Assembly: GCA_963705105.1 (NCBI GenBank)
Contig: CAVPIW010000005.1
Span: forward strand, 1 to 64,000
Direction: 5' to 3'
DNA: 64,000 nucleotides
Origin: an uncultured Nitrospiraceae bacterium
Lineage (GTDB): Bacteria; Nitrospirota; Thermodesulfovibrionia; Thermodesulfovibrionales; Dissulfurispiraceae
The translations under genes were made by a program, and so were the position numbers. Below are positions 1 to 8,285 of the stretch, piece by piece. Position 1 is the stretch's first letter, and each line of letters opens with the position of its first letter. Below the pieces are notes generated by a model that saw only the letters and a list, made by a program, of their open reading frames with translations, did no database searches and was not told the DNA's origin.

Positions 1-67
1 TGCTACAATACATCGCGTTTACGGTCCGTGTCACTGCGCATCAATCTTTACATGACGGGAGGCGGGT

Positions 68-715
68 ATGTTGAAGCTCGGGGTTCTGGCATCGGGTCGC
101 GGGTCCAATTTCCAGTCCATCATCGATGAGATCGGGGCAGGCAGGCTGAAGGCGTCTGTCAGGCTTCTCGTCGTCGACAAACCCGGCGCATTCGCCATCG
201 AACGCGCGAAGAAGCACTCTATTGAACACCTCTATCTCAATCCGAAGGACTTTCCGGCAAAGGACGACTTCTATGCGAGGATCGCGGCAGAGCTCAAGGC
301 ACGGGAGGTGGAACTGGTGATCCTTGCCGGCTTCATGCGAGTCGTCAGAAAACCCCTCATCGACGCCTTCCCCAACCGGATCATGAACATCCACCCCGCC
401 CTCCTGCCTTCATTTCCCGGGCTCCACGGCCATGGGGATGCACTTGCTTATGGTGTAAAGATCAGCGGGTGCACCGTCCACTTCGTCGATGAGGGCGTGG
501 ACACAGGGCCCGTCATCATCCAGGCCGCCGTCGCTGTCGATCCGGACGACACCGAGGACTCCCTGTCCGCCCGCATCCTGAAGCTGGAGCACAGGATCTT
601 TCCCGAGGCGATCAGGCTTTTTGCCGAGGGGCGGCTGACGATCGAGGGCAGAGTTGTGAAGATCGCCGGCTATTCCGTCCCCGACGCTTCGATCGTGAAT
701 CCGCCCTTAACATAA
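68..715 (+). CDS. purN: Phosphoribosylglycinamide formyltransferase
   Basis: LASGRGSNF, LAGFMR, NIHPALLPSF and GCTVHFVDEGVDTGP motifs; GGAGG RBS. Confidence 0.97.
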   Translation: MLKLGVLASGRGSNFQSIIDEIGAGRLKASVRLLVVDKPGAFAIERAKKHSIEHLYLNPKDFPAKDDFYARIAAELKAREVELVILAGFMRVVRKPLIDAFPNRIMNIHPALLPSFPGLHGHGDALAYGVKISGCTVHFVDEGVDTGPVIIQAAVAVDPDDTEDSLSARILKLEHRIFPEAIRLFAEGRLTIEGRVVKIAGYSVPDASIVNPPLT

Positions 716-748
716 GCCCTCTGAGAAAGTGGGTGAGGGAACACGCGG

Positions 749-1036
749 GCGGGAAGGCTGATGTGGTGAAAAGCCTTTCCGCTAAGATACCTTGTTGATC
801 CCCAGACCACCCCTTGCCGTGTCCACCTTATCACTGCGATAGTGCCTCAGGAAAGGCGGGGTGCATGCGCCGAAAACCTTGATGCGGCGACACCTTAACC
901 GTCACAAGAGACGCCGTTACAAGCCAATGGTCGATCACGCAAAGAGTGGAATCCTGAAAGACAAACCGAACAATGCTCATCGTCGCCTTCAGCAAGGCTT
1001 TGAGGCGCTTCGCCCCGCCTTTTCATGCAAGGTTTA
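749..1036 (+). repeat. Intergenic hairpin repeat: truncated subtype C (749-824) joined to full subtype A (825-1036)
   Basis: GGGAAGGCTGATGTGGTGAAAAGCCTTTCC shared with 9615 and 44563; GAAAGGCGGGG...CCCCGCCTTT arms shared with other copies. Confidence 0.9.
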
Positions 1037-1252
1037 TTCGTCGAGGCGGTATCCGAGCTTCTCTATGCTGTCCTTCGAGATCTTCATCAGTGTTGATGCG
1101 GGTATTTTGAGGTCGTCGAAGTCGATCTCGATCCTGCCGCTCTCCACATCAACGGACTCGACACCGTCCATCTTCCCGATAAAACGGCGAAGGGCAAGGG
1201 TACACTCTGCGCAGAACTCCTTCTGAACGTTCAGCGATATCCTTCCCATCAT
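1034..1252 (-). CDS. Heavy-metal-associated (HMA-like) small protein
   Basis: CAEC motif and GVESVDV strand pattern in 72 aa. Confidence 0.75.
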   Translation of the reverse strand: MMGRISLNVQKEFCAECTLALRRFIGKMDGVESVDVESGRIEIDFDDLKIPASTLMKISKDSIEKLGYRLDE

Positions 1253-1518
1253 TCGGCGCCTTCGTATCCCTGCTGAACGAGCCTGATCCTCCGCGCAAGG
1301 TCCCGGACCGCATCGGTCATCGACATCCCCCCGTCCGTGAGCTGCCGCACGAATTCGGCCTTCGAGAGCTCATTCACGACATATTCCGTCGGACCGGATA
1401 TGTCGCAGATATTCATGCCTTCGCTGATCTGCTGGTTGATGCAGGCCTCGATCTCCTCGGGCCTGAACCGCTTCGCCAGTTCCCGTATCTCCCGGATAGA
1501 AATCTCCTGTCGTTCCAT
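1249..1518 (-). CDS. Hypothetical protein
   Basis: Tightly coupled between the flavodoxin and HMA genes. Confidence 0.7.
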   Translation of the reverse strand: MERQEISIREIRELAKRFRPEEIEACINQQISEGMNICDISGPTEYVVNELSKAEFVRQLTDGGMSMTDAVRDLARRIRLVQQGYEGAE

Positions 1519-1526
1519 GGGTCATC

Positions 1527-2003
1527 CTACTGAAGCTTCTTGCAGAGTCCGGCAACGCGGGCGCCGAGCTTGAATCCGTCGTCGGCGGCCTGTTTGTCCG
1601 GCGCGCCGAGGCAGGCGACGCCGTAATGGCCCGATGCGCTCATGGGATCGCCCACGATGATCATGCCGTAGATCAGCATGCACTGGATGATCGAGAAGAT
1701 CGTCGTCTCCTTGCCCCCCGTGTGGTGGCCGCCCGTTGCGAAGGCTGCGCCGACCTTGTCCTCCATCTTCTTGCGGACGGAAACGAAATCGTCGAACACC
1801 TTCTTCAGCTCCGCCGCCATGACGCCGAAATAGACGGGCGAACCGGCTATGATGCCGGCGGAAGCGCGAAAGTCGTCCTTCGTCACCTCCTCGGTATTCT
1901 TCAGGACAGCCTTGACTCCGGCCGATTCAATCCCCTTCGCCACTTCTTCGGCCAGCTTTTTTGTATTTCCGCTCCTTGAGTAGTAGAGAACCAGTACCTG
2001 CAT
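1527..2003 (-). CDS. Flavodoxin/WrbA-like NAD(P)H-dependent oxidoreductase
   Basis: YYSRSGNT FMN loop, GSPVYFG, GGKETT. Confidence 0.9.
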   Translation of the reverse strand: MQVLVLYYSRSGNTKKLAEEVAKGIESAGVKAVLKNTEEVTKDDFRASAGIIAGSPVYFGVMAAELKKVFDDFVSVRKKMEDKVGAAFATGGHHTGGKETTIFSIIQCMLIYGMIIVGDPMSASGHYGVACLGAPDKQAADDGFKLGARVAGLCKKLQ

Positions 2004-2107
2004 GTCGCACCTCCTCCGGACAGATCATTCTGTATCAGATTAGCATCCCCCTCGCAGACTGTCAAGAACGGCAGAACAGGGGCATGACGGCATCCGGGAG
2101 GACCGCT

Positions 2108-2797
2108 CTATCTCCTCAGGTCCGTCATATTCGCGCCGGAAAAAACGGTGCGGACCGTCTCGGCACCCACGATGTTCGCACCCGTCAGATCGGCGCCGGA
2201 GAAGTCCGTGGCCTTCAGACGAGCGTTGATGAGCTCGGCACCGGCGAGTCTCGCCGATGCGAAGTTCGCTGCCGTCAGGTCCGCCTTCGCCAGATCAGAT
2301 TTATCAACAACCGCGCCTGAGAAGACGGAACCCGCCAGGTTTGCGCCATAGGCGGAGACGCCGGACAGTATAGCCCCGCTGAAATTCACGAGGCTCCCGT
2401 CGATCTGCCGGAGATTGGCATCCGTCAGGTCGGCCCTTTCAAAGCGGGCGGCAGAGAGGTTCGACAGGTGGAGGTTCGCCTTTGTCAGATCGGCACCGGA
2501 GAAATCGGCCCCGATGAGCACGGCGAATGAAATATCCGCACCGGGGAGCTTCGCGTCCCGGACGACGGCGCCTGTCATGTTCGCACCCTTGAGATTGCAG
2601 TCCGAGAGATCGGCGCCGCTCAGATCGGACCTGATGAAGTTGACACCGCTCAGATCGGCGCCGCTGAGATCCGATCCTCTGAGATTCACACCGCTCAGGT
2701 CATAGTTCTTGAGGTCCAGGCGGGAGAGATCGACACCCGCCAGATCGCCCGTCAATTCTGCGATTTCAGCCACCTTGTATCGCGGCACCCGTTCCAT
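2108..2797 (-). CDS. Pentapeptide-repeat protein
   Basis: Continuous A(D/N)LXX repeats; start moved to ATG 2797 behind GGAGG. Confidence 0.92.
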   Translation of the reverse strand: MERVPRYKVAEIAELTGDLAGVDLSRLDLKNYDLSGVNLRGSDLSGADLSGVNFIRSDLSGADLSDCNLKGANMTGAVVRDAKLPGADISFAVLIGADFSGADLTKANLHLSNLSAARFERADLTDANLRQIDGSLVNFSGAILSGVSAYGANLAGSVFSGAVVDKSDLAKADLTAANFASARLAGAELINARLKATDFSGADLTGANIVGAETVRTVFSGANMTDLRR

Positions 2798-2969
2798 CTT
2801 TCCCCCTCCTGTTGAGATACCGGCCTGTTGAGCCCGGAACAAGGAAAATCGTATAGCAGCATATCGCGAAATGTCAATCAAGGTTTTGCTTTTCCTCCCT
2901 AAAAAATTGTAATATCCTATGCTGATTTTCTTTCAACATTGTCATATTCCACTTTTAAGGAGGGATTCC

Positions 2970-3149
2970 ATGAAGATTGAGCTTGAAGGGACACTGATCA
3001 AGATTTCACCGGAGAACGACAGGGAGAAGGAAGAGCTGAACCAGCTCTGGACGATCCTCATCGGCTGCGTCAACGAGGGCAAGAAGCTCGTTCCCGTCGG
3101 CCAGTACCTCCCCGGCATGAAGGAAGTGGCGACCTTTAACATCGAGTAA
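2970..3149 (+). CDS. Small hypothetical protein (MKIELEG...)
   Basis: AAGGAGGG RBS before ATG 2970. Confidence 0.75.
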   Translation: MKIELEGTLIKISPENDREKEELNQLWTILIGCVNEGKKLVPVGQYLPGMKEVATFNIE

Positions 3150-3300
3150 GGACACTCCACGGCGGATCACGCCGTCACACATCCATCGGGCAGGGGGCCT
3201 GATCCTGATGAGCGGGTCTCCCTGCCTCCGAAAAACCCGCCTTTGCTCCCGTTGAACACCCGTTGAACAACCTGTTGACAACCTCTGCAATCGGCCTTAT

Positions 3301-3514
3301 ACCCTTCAGTTGTGTAAAAAGGCGGGGCGAAGCGCCTCAAATCCTTGCTGAAGGCGACGATACGCCTCGTCAGCTTCGTGTTTCAGGATTCCACTCTTTA
3401 TGTCATCGACCATTGGCGTATGGTTCGTCTGCCCTTTCGATACAGGTGTCGCCGCATCAAGGTTTTCGGCGCATACACCCCGCCTTTCCTGGGAGTGTGT
3501 TGCAACGATAAGGT
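3301..3514 (-). repeat. Intergenic hairpin repeat subtype A
   Basis: Reverse complement of the 825-1036 and 6169-6378 copies. Confidence 0.92.
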
Positions 3515-3566
3515 ATACTTTGCTATCACGGCCGGTTTTTCCGGCAACATCTATGAGGAGGTTGTC

Positions 3567-4055
3567 ATGTGCAGATCCATTGTCATCACGTGTCTTGCCG
3601 TCATTATCGTCGCCAGCGCCTTTCCCGCGGCAGCCGTCGATCCCCCGAGCATCATCGTGGGACCGCCGGTCTTCACGTTAGACCCCTGTCTGTTTGCCGA
3701 TGCCAAACTCTCCCTGAGCCTTCCCTCGGGACATGACATATCGTCAGGCTCAGACTTCTGGGTCTCCGTTGATACCATGGATGTGCTCAGCGGGGGGACA
3801 AAGGTCGCCCAGCTCTTCTCCAATTACAGAAGGCTCACGCTGGGCGGTAATAATTACGTGACCATGGAACACACGTTTATTGCGGGCAACATGACCCTGT
3901 TCGGCAAATCATCGAATAGTGATGCGGGGTATGCCGGCGCAGTCGGCGTCATCACCGATGCGCTGGTCGGCAGAACGAGGCAGGACATCAAGGCCACGTA
4001 CCTCATCACCGACTTCGGGGGGAACAGATCCATCTGCTTTTTCGTCATTCCCTGA
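3567..4055 (+). CDS. Hypothetical secreted protein
   Basis: GAGGAGG RBS, signal-peptide-like N-terminus; the longer ORF start (3345) lies inside the repeat. Confidence 0.7.
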   Translation: MCRSIVITCLAVIIVASAFPAAAVDPPSIIVGPPVFTLDPCLFADAKLSLSLPSGHDISSGSDFWVSVDTMDVLSGGTKVAQLFSNYRRLTLGGNNYVTMEHTFIAGNMTLFGKSSNSDAGYAGAVGVITDALVGRTRQDIKATYLITDFGGNRSICFFVIP

Positions 4056-4257
4056 GGCGTGCCGCATCCTGAAATGCCGGGAGGACCGGGAGCGGTGAAA
4101 AGGACCGCTTCCGGTTCCCTGTCACTGAAGTGGCTGCTCCTTGTGCGGCGAGGGACAGATCGATCATACTCCCGGCGATCGTTTGCCGGAATCCTCCCGC
4201 CTTTCCTCGGCACTGTGTCCTCTTTTCTCCCTTCTCAGTCCTGATTCCTCGGTCTTG

Positions 4258-4472
4258 ACCTTATCGTTGCAATAGGACATCCGGAAAGGCGGGGCGAAGA
4301 TGCCTCTAAGCCTTGGTGCTGAGAAACCTATGCCGTCCCACACGGATTATTTCAAGCATATGGTTGATCGCATATAAGATGAGATCCCGAATGTCCCATT
4401 TCAAATGATCATGCTCGCTATCAGCAAGGCGTTGAGCCACTTTGTCCCGCCTTTTCATGCAACAGAAAGGTT
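4258..4472 (+). repeat. Intergenic hairpin repeat subtype B
   Basis: GGAAAGGCGGGGCGAAGATGCC...TCGCTATCAGCAAGG...GTCCCGCCTTTT, matches 7826 and 56145 copies. Confidence 0.9.
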
Positions 4473-4559
4473 GATTCCCCTCTCCTTCTTCACGTCCTTG
4501 GTTCCCGATTCTCCCTTCTCAGTCCTGAGTCCTCCGTCCTGGTCACTTGTCGTGTGCAG

Positions 4560-4596
4560 TTGACAAGCTTTTGAAAATATGGTATACATTTGTATA
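4560..4596 (+). promoter_or_regulatory. Sigma70 promoter of lexA with overlapping palindromic operator
   Basis: TTGACA-N17-TATACA with TGn extension; TATAC-N4-GTATA palindrome at 4583-4596. Confidence 0.7.
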
Positions 4597-5198
4597 TGGA
4601 AAAACTTACGGCACGGCAGAGGAGCATCCTCGAATTCGTCACCGCCTTCGTCGGCGAACATGGTTATCCGCCGACGGTCAGGGAGATAGGCACTCACTTC
4701 GGCATCCTCTGGGCCGCGGCTCGGAACCACCTGCAGGCGCTGGAAAGAAAGGGGGCCATCCGTCTGAATCCCGCGAAATCAAGAGGGATCGAGGTTCCCG
4801 GGCTCATTGCAACCGGCGGATTACAGGTCCCCGTTGCAGGAGGCATTCGGGCGGGAAGGCCCGTCCTTGCAACAGAGCAGATCGATACCCACATCATCGT
4901 CGACAGGGAACTCTTCCCTGCGGAAGACGCCTTTTCCCTGAGGGTGTCGGGTGAGAGCATGAAAGAGGCAGGGATTCTCGACGGTGACTTCGTCATCGTC
5001 AGGCCCCAGGATCACATCGGGAGCGGCGAGATCGGCGTCGTCCTCATCGGCGACGAGGCGACGGTGAAGAGGGTCATCATCGGCGATGGAAAAATCGTCC
5101 TGAAGCCGGAGAACAGGGAGATGGAACCCGTCATCTACAGGGCCGGCGATGTAAGGGTCATCGGCAAGGTCGTCGGCGTCATACGCAGGATATCCTGA
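4596..5198 (+). CDS. lexA: Transcriptional repressor LexA
   Basis: LTARQ...GYPPTVREIG HTH, AG cleavage site, VSGESM catalytic Ser, ATVKR catalytic Lys. Confidence 0.95.
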   Translation: MEKLTARQRSILEFVTAFVGEHGYPPTVREIGTHFGILWAAARNHLQALERKGAIRLNPAKSRGIEVPGLIATGGLQVPVAGGIRAGRPVLATEQIDTHIIVDRELFPAEDAFSLRVSGESMKEAGILDGDFVIVRPQDHIGSGEIGVVLIGDEATVKRVIIGDGKIVLKPENREMEPVIYRAGDVRVIGKVVGVIRRIS

Positions 5199-5211
5199 GG
5201 GAGCATCGTTC

Positions 5212-5451
5212 ATGCATATCGGAGAATCCATCAGTGTCATCGCAACCTTCGGCCTCCCCTACCGGATACGGCCCCTCCGGTTCCGATGGGCTGGCAGGCT
5301 TTACGACGTGAAGGAGGTCACCTATACCTGGAAGTCAAAGGAAGGGCAGCGTGAGATCTTTCATTATTCCGTCACCTCAGGCGACTGCCTCTATGAGCTC
5401 ACCTTCGACACGGGTTCGCTCCTCTGGAGGATCGAGAACCTTGAGGCTTAG
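5212..5451 (+). CDS. Small beta-rich protein (DUF6504-like)
   Basis: PLRFRWAGRLY and YELTFD...W motifs; directly follows lexA. Confidence 0.65.
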   Translation: MHIGESISVIATFGLPYRIRPLRFRWAGRLYDVKEVTYTWKSKEGQREIFHYSVTSGDCLYELTFDTGSLLWRIENLEA

Positions 5452-5466
5452 GAACGCGGATTATCA

Positions 5467-6135
5467 ATGTTCCTGAAGATCGGGCATCGAGGTGCCGGGG
5501 CATACGAGACGGAAAATACGATCGGGAGTTTCCGGAAGGCGATCGAACTGGGAGTCAACGCAATCGAGTTCGATGTGAGGCTGTCGGGGGACGGCATGCC
5601 CGTCGTCATCCATGACGATAGTCTGAAAAGGGTCTTCGGTGCCGACCTGCGGGTCCGTGATGCGACTCTCAGAGAACTGAAACACGCGAGCGGGCAGCGC
5701 ATTCCCACCCTCAGCGAAGCCCTTCAATACATCGGCGGAAAGACGGAGAAGATCCTTGTGGAACTCAAAGAGAGCGGGTACGAAGAAATAATCCTCGACA
5801 CCATTCTCAGAGAAGGGCTCGCCGGCGGGGTCATCCTCATCTCCTTTCTCGAAGAGGCACTCGAACGTCTCCGGGCTCTCAATGGGGACATCGAGACGGG
5901 CCTCATCTACAAGAGGCACCGGAATCCCGTCGCAGCAGCAGGGGCTTTGAAGGCTCACTACCTCCTTCCCTTCCACCGTCTCGTCCGCTCGGTGGATGTC
6001 GACAAGGCACATGGGAGTCATCTGAAGGTGATCGCCTGGACGATCAACTCCGAGCGGGAGGCATATGCCTGCGCAGCCAAGGGTGTCGACGGCATAGCCA
6101 GCGACAAGCCCGACATCTTCAACGGTCTCTCGTAG
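5467..6135 (+). CDS. Glycerophosphodiester phosphodiesterase family
   Basis: IGHRGA, ENT, IEFDV, VIHD, AWTIN motifs. Confidence 0.93.
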   Translation: MFLKIGHRGAGAYETENTIGSFRKAIELGVNAIEFDVRLSGDGMPVVIHDDSLKRVFGADLRVRDATLRELKHASGQRIPTLSEALQYIGGKTEKILVELKESGYEEIILDTILREGLAGGVILISFLEEALERLRALNGDIETGLIYKRHRNPVAAAGALKAHYLLPFHRLVRSVDVDKAHGSHLKVIAWTINSEREAYACAAKGVDGIASDKPDIFNGLS

Positions 6136-6168
6136 AGAACAAACGCATGAGTCGCCCTGTTCAGCACA

Positions 6169-6378
6169 TAACCTTATCGTTGCAATACACGCCCGGGAAA
6201 TGCGGGGCGTATGCGCCGAAAACCTTGCTGCGGCGACACCTGTATCAAAACGAAGGACAGCTTATACGCCTATGATCGATGACACAAAGAATGGATTCCA
6301 GAAACACAAACCTGACGAGGAGTATCGTCGCCTTCAGCAAGGCTTTGAGGCGTTTCGCCCCGCAATTTCTATGCAACT
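6169..6378 (+). repeat. Intergenic hairpin repeat subtype A, 3' tail interrupted by IS110
   Basis: Subtype A arms; tail TGCAACT|ACAAGG resumes at 7818. Confidence 0.9.
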
Positions 6379-6444
6379 CCTACTATGCATTTGTGGTATA
6401 AGAAAATATGAGAACAAAGATTTACCACAAGTCGGTACCAAAAG

Positions 6445-6575
6445 ATAGGCAGGAGAACTTTCTTGCAACTGGGTCATCGAACCCTTCTTGTAGTGTGTTC
6501 CCTGCCTCTCATAACCCTGATCGGTTGATTGGGCATAAAGCCCTTGTCACGATGGAGTACGGGTTGAGAGGCAGT
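6445..6575 (+). ncRNA. Predicted bridge RNA (target- and donor-binding loops)
   Basis: Two stem/internal-loop/hairpin modules whose loops match the target and donor junctions; exact RNA ends unknown. Confidence 0.75.
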
Positions 6576-6617
6576 TCCTGCTTCGTCTCTACGGTGCTGC
6601 ACTAAGGAGGTGCTGCT

Positions 6618-7808
6618 ATGTTCACCCTGTATGTTGGCGTCGACGTCAGCAAAGACACATTTTCGTGCACGGGATTGCACAACAAGGCAGAAAAGCGATT
6701 CTGCCTGACTGCATCTATGAACCGTACCGGATTTGCTGATCTGTTGGAAACGATCAGGAATCACTGCTCTGAGACATCCTCGGTCTTGGTCGGCATGGAG
6801 TCCACAGGGTGTTACCATGTCAATTTGTATTCTTTTCTTGCGGCTCATGATATAAAAACCGTTGTGATCAACCCTCTGTTGATCAACAACTTCGCAAAGC
6901 TGTCGCTGAGGAAAACGAAAACAGACAAGAAGGATTCCCTTCTGATCGCCCAATTTCTTGTGCTCAATACCACTGCGATCTCTGCCGTGTCTGTGTCCGA
7001 GGATCATAGAGACCTCAGGGAGTTGGCACGGGAACGAGAATCCATCAGCCATCTCATCGCAAAAACGAAGACAGAGATTCGCCAGGCCCTGCACAGGACA
7101 TTTCCCGAATTGCCATCACTCTGCAATGTGTTTTCCCGGGGGATGCTTGAATTCCTCAAGGCGTTTCCGTCTGCCAGGATGATCCGACTTGCAAAACCCA
7201 AGGCTATCAGCAAAGCTCTTCGACCTGCAGATAAGAGGAAAACTCCTCCTGTCTCTGCCGAGCAGATCATGGAGGCGGCGAGGAGCTCCGTTGCATCCAT
7301 CTCTCTGGCGAAAGAATTGATTGTCCCCGGGAAGATTGCAACACTCCTGCATCTGCAGCAACGACTCACCGAGATGACAGAACTGCTTGAAAACATCTGC
7401 AAGGCGACTATGGTGCAGGACCTTGAGGTACTGACATCGATCAAAGGAATCAGCACCAAAACGGCGATTCCCTTTCTCGCTGAACTATCAGCAATCGAGC
7501 GCTTCGACTCGTACAAAAAACTGATCGCATATGCCGGGCTGGATCCTGCGATATACAATTCAGGAAAACGACAAGCGTCCGGTAAAATCTCAAAGCGCGG
7601 CAACAGTCACCTCAGACGTGTCATTTGGTTGATGACTTTTTGTACGGTACGCCAAAATCCGGTCATGAAGGATTACTTTCTGAAAAGGATCAGAGAGGGC
7701 CTTCCCTTTAAAAAAGCAATGATGGCAACCTCGCATAAGCTTCTTCGCCTCATCTATGCGATGTTGACCCGCAAAACCTATTATGTCCCTCAAATCTCAA
7801 ATGCATAA
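6618..7808 (+). CDS. IS110 family recombinase/transposase
   Basis: VGVDVSK, MESTG, KTDKKD (DEDD RuvC); AYAGLDP...NSG...ISKRG catalytic Ser region. Confidence 0.96.
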   Translation: MFTLYVGVDVSKDTFSCTGLHNKAEKRFCLTASMNRTGFADLLETIRNHCSETSSVLVGMESTGCYHVNLYSFLAAHDIKTVVINPLLINNFAKLSLRKTKTDKKDSLLIAQFLVLNTTAISAVSVSEDHRDLRELARERESISHLIAKTKTEIRQALHRTFPELPSLCNVFSRGMLEFLKAFPSARMIRLAKPKAISKALRPADKRKTPPVSAEQIMEAARSSVASISLAKELIVPGKIATLLHLQQRLTEMTELLENICKATMVQDLEVLTSIKGISTKTAIPFLAELSAIERFDSYKKLIAYAGLDPAIYNSGKRQASGKISKRGNSHLRRVIWLMTFCTVRQNPVMKDYFLKRIREGLPFKKAMMATSHKLLRLIYAMLTRKTYYVPQISNA

Positions 7809-7825
7809 TAGTTGACTACAAGGAT

Positions 7826-8035
7826 AACCCTTGTCGCTGCAGGAGACTCTTCCGAAAGGCGGGGCGAAGATGCCGAAAAGCCTTGGTGCTGCGAAACCTT
7901 TGCCTTCCCATGCGGATTATTTCAGGCCGCTGGTTGATGACGCAGAGAGCGGAATCCCCAATATCCAATTTCAAATGATCATGCTCGCTATCAGCAAGGC
8001 TTTGAGGCACTTTGTCCCGCCTTTTCACACAAGGG
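7826..8035 (+). repeat. Intergenic hairpin repeat subtype B
   Basis: Similar to 4258-4472 across arms and loop. Confidence 0.9.
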
Positions 8036-8060
8036 CAACACCACAACTGAGGAGGAACCC

Positions 8061-8264
8061 ATGCCTTACGTAAACATCAAGATCACCAAAGAGGGAGCTA
8101 CGGCCCAGCAGAAAGCGAAGCTTATCAAAGGCGTCACGCAACTGCTTTCGGACATCCTGGGCAAGAATCCCCAGACCACGGTTGTCGTCATCGACGAAGT
8201 GGAAACGGACAATTGGGGGATAGGAGGGGAGTCCGTCACAGTGCGGAGACAGCGCGGTCTCTAG
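8061..8264 (+). CDS. 4-oxalocrotonate tautomerase family
   Basis: N-terminal Pro (MPYVNIK), NWGIGG; GAGGAGG RBS. Confidence 0.92.
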   Translation: MPYVNIKITKEGATAQQKAKLIKGVTQLLSDILGKNPQTTVVVIDEVETDNWGIGGESVTVRRQRGL

Positions 8265-8285
8265 CGAAGCCGAAGAGGTGAGTCC

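Larger units (their letters stand above)
6379..7817 (+). mobile_element. IS110-group insertion sequence (long left end)
   Basis: (A)CT core at both ends (6376-6378 and 7815-7817); lower GC; no terminal IR. Confidence 0.88.

Noticed and set aside
825..1036. Loop variation as diversity-generating retroelement mutagenesis
   Set aside because: Variation is not adenine-restricted and no reverse transcriptase is in the window
3205..3240. CTGATGAG...GAAA as a hammerhead ribozyme
   Set aside because: Stem II does not pair beyond one base, and the segment pairs better within a simple hairpin
4076..4176. Multi-stem GC-rich segment as an ncRNA
   Set aside because: Single copy with no recognisable motif; could be a plain 3' hairpin
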